From a virus: 64,000 nucleotides of DNA. How positions within the stretch are numbered: position 1 is the first letter of the stretch; every line of letters starts with the position of its first letter. The position numbers were made by a program, and so were the translations under genes. The notes under the pieces were generated by a model. The model was not told where the DNA came from. It saw only the letters and a program-made list of their open reading frames with translations, and made no database searches. The stretch is taken from positions 50,266 to 114,265 of the IMG/VR virus record IMGVR_UViG_3300007177_000160; one strand, given 5' to 3'. Positions 9,216 to 19,300 of the stretch are shown one piece after another.

Positions 9216-9583
9216 AGGAGATAGAGGGAATTGAACCCTCGTCCAGAGAAAGCTGCAATTTAATGCTGTTTACACGCTTAGTACTGAGCAAGCTCTGCAC
9301 CGTAAGGGTTGACCGAAGTCAGATTCCACCACCTAGTTGAGTTGTCGGTAAACTAGGAAACCTAGAAGCAAGCTTCATGTGCCATTTTCTGTTCCAGGGG
9401 ATGACTCCCCGTGACTTAGGCTGCCATTTGATATTCGTTCACGAACTCAACTGCATCTTCAAAAGTCATGTCAGATAATTCTACGTTGCCGTTTAATTAG
9501 TTTGATACGTGATTATAGAGAACAGTACCATCTCTCTGCGTGAGCACTAAACCCAATCAATCCTGTCGATTCCTGTTATCCCC
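9216..9583 (-). ncRNA. ssrA: tmRNA
   Basis: 5' GGGGATAACAGGAATCGAC; 3' GGACGAGGGTTCAATTCCCTCTATCTCC (T-arm plus acceptor); acceptor stem GGGGATA/TATCTCC with G3-U70; internal tag ORF 9490-9416 ending YQMAA*; about 368 nt. Confidence 0.92.
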
Positions 9584-9591
9584 AATTACTA

Positions 9592-9599
9592 CAAAGTTA
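9592..9599 (-). promoter_or_regulatory. -7 element upstream of the tmRNA
   Basis: TAACTTTG 8 nt upstream of the mature 5' end; no TTG at the -33 position. Confidence 0.5.
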
Positions 9600-9860
9600 T
9601 ATTCTAATTACTCTTGGTTGATCGATTTCGTCAGAAAAAATTACTTTTAATCCACAAATAGAACTTATAAAGACTCCTTCTGGAATCTCTGCATCTTCCT
9701 CAGTGTGAAATAACTCTCGTAAAAATTCTTTGTAATGAGCATCAGTCATCATAACAGCATTAGGGTAAACTCCCAAATGGCGAGTTCCTTTATCGTCTGT
9801 TTCTTTTTCCGAATCAAGAAAAAACTGGTTAATTTGGGATTCAAGTTCCTGAATTGTCAT
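9597..9860 (-). CDS. Hypothetical protein
   Basis: 87-aa ORF between the phosphoesterase and the tmRNA. Confidence 0.65.
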   Translation of the reverse strand: MTIQELESQINQFFLDSEKETDDKGTRHLGVYPNAVMMTDAHYKEFLRELFHTEEDAEIPEGVFISSICGLKVIFSDEIDQPRVIRI

Positions 9861-9869
9861 AGCGGTAGA

Positions 9870-10856
9870 CTAAATAATTTTGCCGTCAATAATCTTCATA
9901 TTATTAACATGGAAGGAAAGATCGGAATTAACTTCCACAAAAGCAAATCCATGTGACCATTTTGTGTAAGCAAAAGGTCTATAATCAGGTGATAAAGTAC
10001 AAAGACAACCCATTGACCAAACGCCAGTAGATTCTCCGTTGATGTTGTTTTCGGAGTGGTGAGATACTTGATGGTTGTGTCCAAACAAAGTAGAAGACTT
10101 AGCCTTTAAAAACATTCCTCTTGCAGGGTTAACAGGTGAGAATACACTTTCTCCCATTTCGTGTCCGTGCAATACGTTCAATTTACCTAATTTAATAATC
10201 TCCCTATTAACCAAGTTGATTTTAAACTCACTCAATGCTAACAGGTTTTCAAACTTCAAATTGTCAACGTCGCTAAACTCTTTGGCGTTACGTAATAGGT
10301 AATTACGAACACGCTCCTCGTGGTTACCTAACTTGTAATATATAGGTATAATTGGAAATAGTTCACGCAAGTAAGAGAAAAACGCTTTAGTCATCTCGAT
10401 TTCCTCACGTAACGATGGCATACCTACCTCCTTAATAAACGAACTTACTGGATGGCAGTCCATTATATCTCCATTTAGAATGATACAATCTATGTCATTG
10501 TTTAATCCCCACTCTAAGGCCGTAGACACAGCATCCATATCGTGATAAGGTATGTGTATGTCAGATAAAACTAAATAACGTCCTTCCTTTAGGTGAACGT
10601 TAGCCATTTCTTTGTTGTGGGAGAATACTTTTAGTTTTTCTAATCCCTCTTGAATTGTAGATTTATTAGTCACAAATGATTTGTCTTTTAAAGCCTTAAA
10701 ATGATAGTTCCCTTTTACTCCCCTAAAATATCTAATCGTATCTCTTACTCTCTCAATAGATGTAAGTTGTGGGTTTTCTTCTAAGATTAGTTTAGCAAGA
10801 GTGCGGTTCGGAACGTCAGGATACTTTTCTAAGTAAGCCTTAACGATTTCTCTCAT
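9870..10856 (-). CDS. Calcineurin-like metallophosphoesterase
   Basis: SDIHIP, NGDIMD, GNHEER, HGHE, GHNH motifs. Confidence 0.9.
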   Translation of the reverse strand: MREIVKAYLEKYPDVPNRTLAKLILEENPQLTSIERVRDTIRYFRGVKGNYHFKALKDKSFVTNKSTIQEGLEKLKVFSHNKEMANVHLKEGRYLVLSDIHIPYHDMDAVSTALEWGLNNDIDCIILNGDIMDCHPVSSFIKEVGMPSLREEIEMTKAFFSYLRELFPIIPIYYKLGNHEERVRNYLLRNAKEFSDVDNLKFENLLALSEFKINLVNREIIKLGKLNVLHGHEMGESVFSPVNPARGMFLKAKSSTLFGHNHQVSHHSENNINGESTGVWSMGCLCTLSPDYRPFAYTKWSHGFAFVEVNSDLSFHVNNMKIIDGKII

Positions 10857-10866
10857 AGTAATAATA

Positions 10867-11220
10867 TTAATTAAAAATAATTAACAGAAACGAAAGCACC
10901 ACTGCACCCCAAAAGCCCTTCTTGTAGAATTTTAATTCTGATTGGCTATCGTCGTATAGTTTATAATACTTTCGTAACTCTACTCCTGTAGTGTCAATAA
11001 CATGCTGCATGCTAGGGACTACAGAATCCTTGTAGTTGTGTATGATAACGCTATCTGCTTTTCTGATGCGTTGTAATGCTACTACCCTCTCTCTGGCTTG
11101 AATACCTTTGAGAAACTCTTTATTCAACTCCTTTAGCGGTAAGCTGTCTAGAGATTGAGAATAAGAGTTTTGTACCCTCAAGATCAGGCATAGTATCAAT
11201 AGCAATTTGAATCGTGTCAT
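10867..11220 (-). CDS. Putative spanin-like membrane protein (signal peptide plus C-terminal TM helix)
   Basis: Hydrophobic N-terminus, helical middle, C-terminal GFWGAVVLSFLLIIF; overlaps the upstream gene by 101 nt. Confidence 0.5.
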   Translation of the reverse strand: MTRFKLLLILCLILRVQNSYSQSLDSLPLKELNKEFLKGIQARERVVALQRIRKADSVIIHNYKDSVVPSMQHVIDTTGVELRKYYKLYDDSQSELKFYKKGFWGAVVLSFLLIIFN

Positions 11221-11452
11221 ATTTTAACTTTACTTTTGTGTACTCTTTGTAAAGCTGCACCTTTACCTTCTGTAAAGAATCAACCTTAGCAAATAAAAGC
11301 TCGTTCTTTTTATTAACTGAATCTAAGTACAAAAGCAAACGAGTGTCGTCTTGTTGTACAGGAGCAAACAATCTATAAGAAAGTACGAGGGCTATAATAA
11401 ACAAAAGGACTACTATAAGAGTCCCTTGTGCGTTATTTTCTTTGTTTTTCAT
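11120..11452 (-). CDS. Putative i-spanin-like protein
   Basis: N-terminal TM helix plus coiled coil; directly downstream of the holin. Confidence 0.5.
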   Translation of the reverse strand: MKNKENNAQGTLIVVLLFIIALVLSYRLFAPVQQDDTRLLLYLDSVNKKNELLFAKVDSLQKVKVQLYKEYTKVKLKYDTIQIAIDTMPDLEGTKLLFSISRQLTAKGVE

Positions 11453-11855
11453 TTACCTTATGGGTATCTATTTTTTCCAGAATGATAGTAAGTAATTCAT
11501 TCTTAATTAAACCTGCTCGTGCCGCGTTCTTTAGAGCCGAGATTAATTGAAATAAAATAAATGGAGCCACTACAGTTTCGCTCAACCAGAAAGTTCCATC
11601 AAATCCTTTTTCTATAACAAGTACCCCTGTCAATAAAAAAATCCAAACTACTAATGTTTGTAGTACTTTAATTGCTTTGTTTGTACGAAAACCTTCCATT
11701 TTAGTTCCCGCAATAACTCCAAAGAATCCATCTATGAAGATTACGCAAACTACAGCTAAGTACTGGTCAATGTTTTCTGCACCTAGATTAAAGAAATAAG
11801 TACCTAAAAAGGCAAAGACGGTGGTAGAGAGATATAACAACGTAGTAGTTTTCAT
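11433..11855 (-). CDS. Phage holin (holin_4-like)
   Basis: 3-4 TM helices, IDGFFGVIAG, ISALKNAARAG and a charged C-terminus. Confidence 0.7.
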   Translation of the reverse strand: MKTTTLLYLSTTVFAFLGTYFFNLGAENIDQYLAVVCVIFIDGFFGVIAGTKMEGFRTNKAIKVLQTLVVWIFLLTGVLVIEKGFDGTFWLSETVVAPFILFQLISALKNAARAGLIKNELLTIILEKIDTHKVNEKQRK

Positions 11856-12070
11856 TATGGGTAGTCAATAACTATTGGTGGGAAATCATCATCAGTTAAA
11901 GTTATAATAGGAGCGCCTTGTGGTAAAATATCTCCAAAGTCTCCTAATGAGTTAGCGTTACACACATAACGACCATCTAAAGTAACAGCATAGTTAAAAG
12001 TATCTACACCTCTGCGTAGACCTACGTTAGTTTCAGCTACTTCCTGAGATATAACAATGTATTGTGCCAT
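11855..12070 (-). CDS. Hypothetical protein
   Basis: 71-aa ORF coupled on both sides by TAATG. Confidence 0.7.
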   Translation of the reverse strand: MAQYIVISQEVAETNVGLRRGVDTFNYAVTLDGRYVCNANSLGDFGDILPQGAPIITLTDDDFPPIVIDYP

Positions 12071-12966
12071 TATTTTCCAACTGCTGTTTGAAAGTTATAC
12101 AAAGCCAATCTAAACTGTAAGAATTGAGCATCGTCAATCGCAGCTTTTGACATATAAAAATACTTATACAATTTATTAGAGCGTAAGGATGGAGTATTAG
12201 CTCCTCCGACACCATCAGACGTTGCAGCTAAGAACATTTTATTAGTGAAAGAAGCACTTGGATTTATAGTAACAAAGTTTTGTCCTCTCATGTAGTTACT
12301 TCCTGAACCTGTGTTAAAATAAAATACCTTTGCTTCACTAGCAGATCTTCTTACAAATGCCCAGTGACCTACAGCTTGGCCATTTCCGTCTACACTATTA
12401 AAAGTAACACGTGCAGCTTGTTCATTAAAAGACCAAATATCTAGTAAGTTTGCATTATTAGAAAACCATACGGCTCTAGCACGGCTATAACCCCCTGTAC
12501 CATCAACAGTTTCTGTAATGCCCATAGGAATTTCTGTTCTAGAATTAAATCCTGTAGCATCGTAACATCCAAACATAAAATCAGCTATAGAAAATCCAGG
12601 AACAGAAATAGGAGAAAAATTAGTATCTCCGTGTTGAGTAGTTCCATCAAACTGAAGTCCTTTTGCTACTAACGTAGGACTGCCTGTCCAAATAATCTGA
12701 TAAGTAGCAGGATCTTTTAGGTTATAAGTTGTTTGTGATAAACTATTTCCAAGTAAAGGATAAAAAGCATACATTCTATCCCACATATTACAAGCCTTTA
12801 AAGCAATAACAAAGTTATCTACAGCGGTTCTTTCAGTAGAATCAGTAATATTAGCTGCAGTAACATAAGCTAATGCATCTAAATCATTTACAGGAGAGAG
12901 TGCTCCTCCCCCTCCTCCGCCTATGATTTTAATAGGATTACGTATGCCAAAACTTAACCCAATCAT
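12070..12966 (-). CDS. Putative virion/tail-associated beta-sandwich protein
   Basis: Gly-rich N-terminus; GLQFDGTTQHGDT resembles the start of a LamG/ConA-like domain. Confidence 0.45.
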   Translation of the reverse strand: MIGLSFGIRNPIKIIGGGGGGALSPVNDLDALAYVTAANITDSTERTAVDNFVIALKACNMWDRMYAFYPLLGNSLSQTTYNLKDPATYQIIWTGSPTLVAKGLQFDGTTQHGDTNFSPISVPGFSIADFMFGCYDATGFNSRTEIPMGITETVDGTGGYSRARAVWFSNNANLLDIWSFNEQAARVTFNSVDGNGQAVGHWAFVRRSASEAKVFYFNTGSGSNYMRGQNFVTINPSASFTNKMFLAATSDGVGGANTPSLRSNKLYKYFYMSKAAIDDAQFLQFRLALYNFQTAVGK

Positions 12967-12971
12967 GAGTC

Positions 12972-13283
12972 TTATTTATAAGCTATGATACTTCCAGAAG
13001 AAATAGCAAATCCTGTAATGTTACCTCCGCCAGGTAAGTAAGCGCCTTGTTTAAAAGTTACGCCTGACATACCGCGAAGAGTAAGTTGTTCTACTCCATT
13101 AACTTTAAATGAAGTAAACACAGTGTCTTCTTGTGGAACAACTGCCACAAAGTTTACATCGTTTACAGTACCTGTTGCGTAACGAACAAAACCACCTGCA
13201 CCAGCTAATGTTCCAGTGCTTGCAGCAATCTGTCTTAATTTCTTAGAATGTTCGTCTAATTTTTGAGAAATGTCCCATGCCAT
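12972..13283 (-). CDS. Hypothetical, probably structural, protein
   Basis: 103-aa beta-rich ORF ending SGSIIAYK. Confidence 0.6.
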   Translation of the reverse strand: MAWDISQKLDEHSKKLRQIAASTGTLAGAGGFVRYATGTVNDVNFVAVVPQEDTVFTSFKVNGVEQLTLRGMSGVTFKQGAYLPGGGNITGFAISSGSIIAYK

Positions 13284-13330
13284 AATTGTATACGTTTAAA
13301 TTAATAAACCAGTCTTTCGACTCGCTTATA

Positions 13331-13360
13331 CAAATATAACTTTAAATAAAATAAATGCAA
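13331..13360 (-). promoter_or_regulatory. Bacteroidota sigma-type promoter
   Basis: TTG-N19-TATATTTG upstream of the 13283 to holin operon. Confidence 0.75.
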
Positions 13361-13369
13361 GAGACTGAT

Positions 13370-16300
13370 TTAAAACTCTTCTGTAATATCTAAGCCTTCT
13401 CTAGTTAAGAAATAAGGTCTAAATAAAGCAGGAGTATATGTTCTATCAGTATCTTTTCTTGCGTCCATTTCTGATACAGCTTTAGCAAATCTAGTTTGTA
13501 AGTCTGTCATTTCTTCATAGATTGAAGCAGGAACCTCACGACCACTTGAAGTATAAGCTTGCATCTTCTTTTGAATTTCTTTCAATTGTTTTTTATACTG
13601 GAGTTTAAGCTGGCCGCCTATAGTACGAGTTTTCATTGTTTCTACTCCACCATAGTTTTCTTTGTAACGTGTTCTTAAATCTCTAGTATAGGTCTTTGGC
13701 ATATAAGAGTTAAATGCACGGTTTTGGTAATCCATTGATTGCGCATCTAAACCTAAAGACAATCCTCTCGCTCCGAGTAATTCCATAGCTAAGACTTGTA
13801 ACCCAGGTTTTCCAGCTTGGGTTGGGTGAGTACGATCCCAATCTATCTTAGAAGAATTAGGTCTGTATTTATAGTATGGGTCTGTACTATATAAACCTCC
13901 ATCAAAATCAGCAAACTTTCTAAATACGCTAAACGGACCAAACAATGACCAACCAAATTTCTCAAACCCACCAATACCATTGGCATTCTCTCTAAGGTAG
14001 GTAAATAAGAACTCATTGGCTCCCCAAATAGTAAACACACCCTCGACTTCATTGTTAATCTTCTTAGAGAAGAAACAGAAATAGTCTTTCCAGTTAGCTT
14101 CACCATCGTCTTCACAATTCATGTAAGCTGACATAGCCCCAATAGCATTAGCAAACATAACAAACATACCGTAGTTTAAACCAAATTGTTGTAAACCTGC
14201 TCGCTCTGCTGCCGTTAGATTTTGGTATCCTGTCCAGAACTTACCATTTTCATAGAAAGTTTCTTGTAAGAAACGACCAAAGGCTCTATGTGCTCCTATT
14301 GTTTTTATTCCAGAACCGTAGTGAATAGTGCCACCACCCCATTCAGTTTTTAAATGTTGAGGCATCCATTTTTTCAAGAACAAAAGTTGACGAACTAGTG
14401 AATACTTTGCAACAGTTGGCTGTCCTAACTTATCATATACACCTTGGGCTCTGTAGTTAGCCAAGCGGATATCGTCCCTGATTTTCTGGAGAAATGCTGG
14501 GCTAATCTTTATGTTAGGTTTGATAGATAAAACACCATCTACTAACTCAAACGCATCTTTTAATTTGTAAATAGTTCCGTCGTCTGCAGTTACATTATAC
14601 TTGTCTAAGAAAGCAAACGTAGTCATTGCAGCAATATCATATTCTGTATATTCTCTGTAAGTTCCTACTGCTCTCCAAAACTTAGAGTATCTACGTAATC
14701 CTCGATTAGTAAGTTTAGCAAAGTCTTCCGAGTAATTAGCTTGTGTACCTCCAAAGAAATCAATAATCTGCATGCGCAATGGTTGCATGCCTGTTTGATT
14801 GTGTGAAGTAAAGAAATCATAAGATAAACCAAATGTTTCTTTGTATGCTGCTAGGTAGTTGGCATAAGTTAATCCATTACTTTTGGTAAAAATTAAGTTA
14901 TTCTTATATCCCGTAAACTGGTTGACTGGTGCACTAATAACGTTATACGCTAATGACTTTGAACCTGCCAAACGGCCTACAATATTGAAGATAGCGTTCA
15001 TAATCTTACCTCCAATATGTTTAGGATTATTTACTACTTTACCGTAGAACTGTCTGTCAATTAAATCACGTACTACGCCTCCCTCTTTTATTCCAGAAAG
15101 ATTCTCGTACACCTCCTCCATAGCTAACACGGTAGACTGTAGGTTTCTGAGCGATTTAAACCTAGCCGAAGACTCCGCATACAAACCGATAGATCTTAAT
15201 AGGTCGTAAGATTGTTGCTCAATAGGTAAAGGTTTGCTGTATCTAATAAATAGTTTACGCGATTCTCTTTCTATTGGGTTTCCGTAAGGATCTAATTGGT
15301 CTTCTTCTGTAGTTTCATCTACATCAGACATTGCTGTACGTGCACCTAGTACAAAGTTTTTGCTTTCTTCAATAATATTAGCAAGCGGATTAGCTCGCCC
15401 AGTTACCAAGTCAATAGCATTTTCTGCGCCTGTTTTATAAACACCTGGCAATACATCTCCTGGTTTATCTTTTGCGTAGTTACCTTCTTGGCTCTTATAA
15501 TAAAATGCTCTTAAATTTTCTAACGCACTTTTTTGTTGAGCAGATAAGTTGGCGTAACTAGCATTATAGTAAGGACCTGATGTAGTCTCTTTAAAAGTAA
15601 CATTGCCTGGACTATATTTAGGGTTTCTAAATTGTTCAGATACTTTAGGAGTATACCAATAAAAAGACGGAGCTTCTTTGTCTACGTAACTTGGATTGTT
15701 TGGAACTGTTACACGCCAGAAATACAAAGGTTCGTAAACAGAAACCATTTGCTGTATATCTTTATCGTAGCGAGACTTAATAATATGGTTGTCTTGAAAC
15801 CACTGAGATTCTCTAAAAGCTTTGTGAACTAGTTCTTCAATATCAGCAGTTTCAAGAGTTGGATTAGCACCAGTTATTTGTGTCCGTAAACTGGCCTTAA
15901 TGCTTGCTACAGTTTCTTCATAATATTTACTATTAGTAGATGATTGTAAATCTTGTAATTCAGCAAATAAATCTTTTAAATCTTCTTTGTCTTGCTTACT
16001 TAGCGGTGATTTACTTTTATCAATTGCTTTAATGTTTTCTATTTCTTCTTCAATTGCTTTAGCAGTTCTTCTTACGTTATCGTTAATCTCAGAAGGTTTG
16101 TAGTGACCGTCTCGGTCTTTCTTACCCAACAATAAATTAAATAAAGACTCATACGCGGTTTTAAGTTGAGGACCTTGCTCACCTAAGATTTCTTGAATCT
16201 GATCAATAATAGCCTGACGCTCATCATAAAACTCTTGTTTATAGATAGTGCGAGTGTAAATATCTAACCATCTATTATAGTCATCATAAGCAGCTTGTTT

Positions 16301-19300
16301 TTCTGCTGGAGTAGAAGCAGCCGCTAAAGCGTTGGTTAATTCAGCTTTCTTAGAATTTAAGGCAGCCTGGAATAACTCTTGAGTTTCTTGATTTAAAGGA
16401 GGAAACTCAACGACTTGATTAGCTCTTCTTAGATTCTTCCAATCATAAATAGCTTTAGCTACTCGGTAGCCTTCACTGTTTTCAGGTTTTAAGTTACCAT
16501 TGGTGTCATAGAAAGATTCCATGTCATCTAATTCTTTTTGATAACTTCTTAGTAACTGGTAGTCGTCATAATCTACGGTGTCTGCACTTACAAAAGATGC
16601 ACGACTAGCAGCCATTGCTCTATATAATTCGTTTCTACGGTCTCTAATATCTTGAGGCAATTGCTCTTGTATCTCGTAGTACTCGTCAGTAAATGGTCTT
16701 TCAGTATATTTAGCTTGGAACTCTTTTAGGTCTTCGGCAGCTTGCTCTATCTTTTGAGTTACAGCAAGTCTACGCGCTTGTGCTTGAGTACTATTATCGT
16801 TAGGATCTAAATCAGCTATTTCATTCATAGAATAATCTATGATGAATTTTAACTCAGTCATTCTATTACGCATTGCAATAGTATCAGTTGAGTTATTTAA
16901 AGCCAAAACAATCTTATCGGTTACTAATTTACCGTCAACAACTTCGTACAAAGGAACTTCTCTGTACATTCCATCATAGAATGTCTTAGAGTCAACTATA
17001 GAACCAGCGAATTGTGGACCTTGTGCATCAAATACTTCGTCGGTTAATCTCTCTAACTCGCCACGCATACCTACGAGAGACGCTCTGTAATCAGAATCTA
17101 ATCCTTGTAAATAGGTAGCAATAATTTGAATACCTGCATTTTTAGTAGTACTAGCGGTATCCAATGCAGCAAACCAAGTGCTATTCGTATCGCTTAATTG
17201 TTTACGAATATTATCTTTAGTTGGTACGTTTTTATCAAACTCTTTCTGGAGATTACTGGCTTTGTTAATTAAACGCTCAACAGCCTTGCTCTTTAAACTA
17301 AATTGCTTAGTAAATTCTCCTAGACTATAATCACGCTCAGTACCATCATTGAAAGAAACCCTCATCTTTAAATCTACGCCACTTCCTATTGTACTAACAT
17401 TTGTAGCTCTTACATTAGGATCGGTAGGTAGAGATTGTCCAGTTACATCATAGTTGTCTGGAGTTAAACGAGACATAAAATTATTTATGTCATTATTGTA
17501 TACGGTTTTTAAATTCTCAGCAGCTTCTTTAAAATACTCTTCAAGTTCTTCCAATACAGGTTCTTGAATAAGACCTTCATGATTAGAGATAATAGTATTT
17601 ACAGATTGCTGCATCCAAAATAACGCTTTTGCTATTGGATGATTTTTAAATAAAGCAGGGTTGTTTTTAGCTTGTTCTATGCTCTCTCTTAATTCAGGAC
17701 CAAATAATCCTTTATTAGGATTAGCAACCACGCCTAACAATGCGTCAATTTGTTTTTTAACTGCTTGAGCCTGTAAGTAAGCTCTATGATAATCCCCTAG
17801 TTTCTTTCCAGGAGGAATATCAGTTGCTTTTTGTAAAGCAGCAATATGTCTTTGAATAGAATTTAGGTAAATAGTCATGTACCTAACATATTCAGCAAAG
17901 TCTAATACGGCTTCTGCAACATCTTCTTTAGTTAAGGTTGCAACTAATCGACCTTTATTCTTGTTTAGAATATCTCCTGCAGCAGGAAGAGATTCTGATT
18001 TACGTAATTCTTCAGCGGCAAAGTACTTGTTTCGCTCAATCATACGTCCCATATCACTCTCAGTAATAGCTTCAGTAATTAGCTTTATTTGTTCAGCTGC
18101 TGTTTGAAACTCATTAGGTGCATTAGGATCTTTTTTAACATAAATAGTTATAGCGTCTTGTTGTTCTGGAGAAAGTAATCTACTTTCCATGTAATCAGAC
18201 AACTCAGGTGACTTGGGATAAAATTCAAAGGATGCATCAGGATCATGCAGACTCTTAACTAAATCACTTAAGTTTTTAGGCTCTGCACCATACATACCTA
18301 AAGAAGCTAGCAAGTCAGTAAAGAACTTTTTAATTTTGGCAAATATTCCAGTCTTGGGACTAAAGTCAGCAGCTTGTCTGCCTAATTCAGTAGTAATTAC
18401 TTCTTCCCAAAACTTATCACCTGTATAATCAGGATATAAACTTTCTACTAAAGTCTTTGCAGACATAGTAGGATTTTCGTCGTGTAATTTAATTACCTCA
18501 CGTTTAAGCGACTCAAATAACTCAGGGTTAGTTTGTTTTATTCCCCGAACTAAAATATGCCCAAACTCGTGCCAAGGTGTCTCGTCATTAATAAAGTAAG
18601 GATTAAGTAACACTACGCCTGTGTTCATATCAATCTTACCTGCACCTGGTATGCTAGAGTCCCATTTCCAGGTAACTCCAGGGAATCTACTAACAAGTTT
18701 ATTTAGTGTGTTAGTATATCTTTCTACGTTAGCTTCACTAATAGCAGCTTTCTCAATAATAACACGCTGAGCAAACTCTCCATTTAACGGAAGAACTTCT
18801 CCATCAATAAGCAATTCATTGCCTTGTATCAGTTTTTCAGCAATAGCAGCTCTTTCTTTATTTAAAGATTCTTGTAATTCAATTAACTCAAACTCTGCGC
18901 GTACTTCTTCCTCCGTTACGGTATCAGCAACTCGAACAATATTATCAGCAAAGTCTGTAGTAACTTCTAATTCAACGTAAGTAGTTCCGTTAGGTTCTTG
19001 TCTAGCCCAGGCTATTTGTTGACCTCCAAAAAGGTTGTAGCGGGTGTTAATCTCGTTAGCTGTTCTGTTTGCATAAGACCACAATGATTCTCTACTAAAA
19101 GATTTGCTTGAATTAGGATTGTTTACGTGGAATATAAAATTACCTTGCATGCGAATAGACTTTCGTCCACCAATACGAGCCTGCTCAAGTTCTAAAATCC
19201 TACGATAAGCAATTTGCCTAGCTTCATATTTAGTTTGAGCAGCTAAAAAGTTTCTATCGTTGCGTAAAGACTCTACTAAATCTGAACTAATCTCTTGGCG

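Noticed and set aside
9213-9245. A tRNA gene suggested by the T-arm GGTTCAATTCC
   Set aside because: The pairing 5' acceptor strand is about 360 nt away and a tag ORF lies in between, so this is a tmRNA
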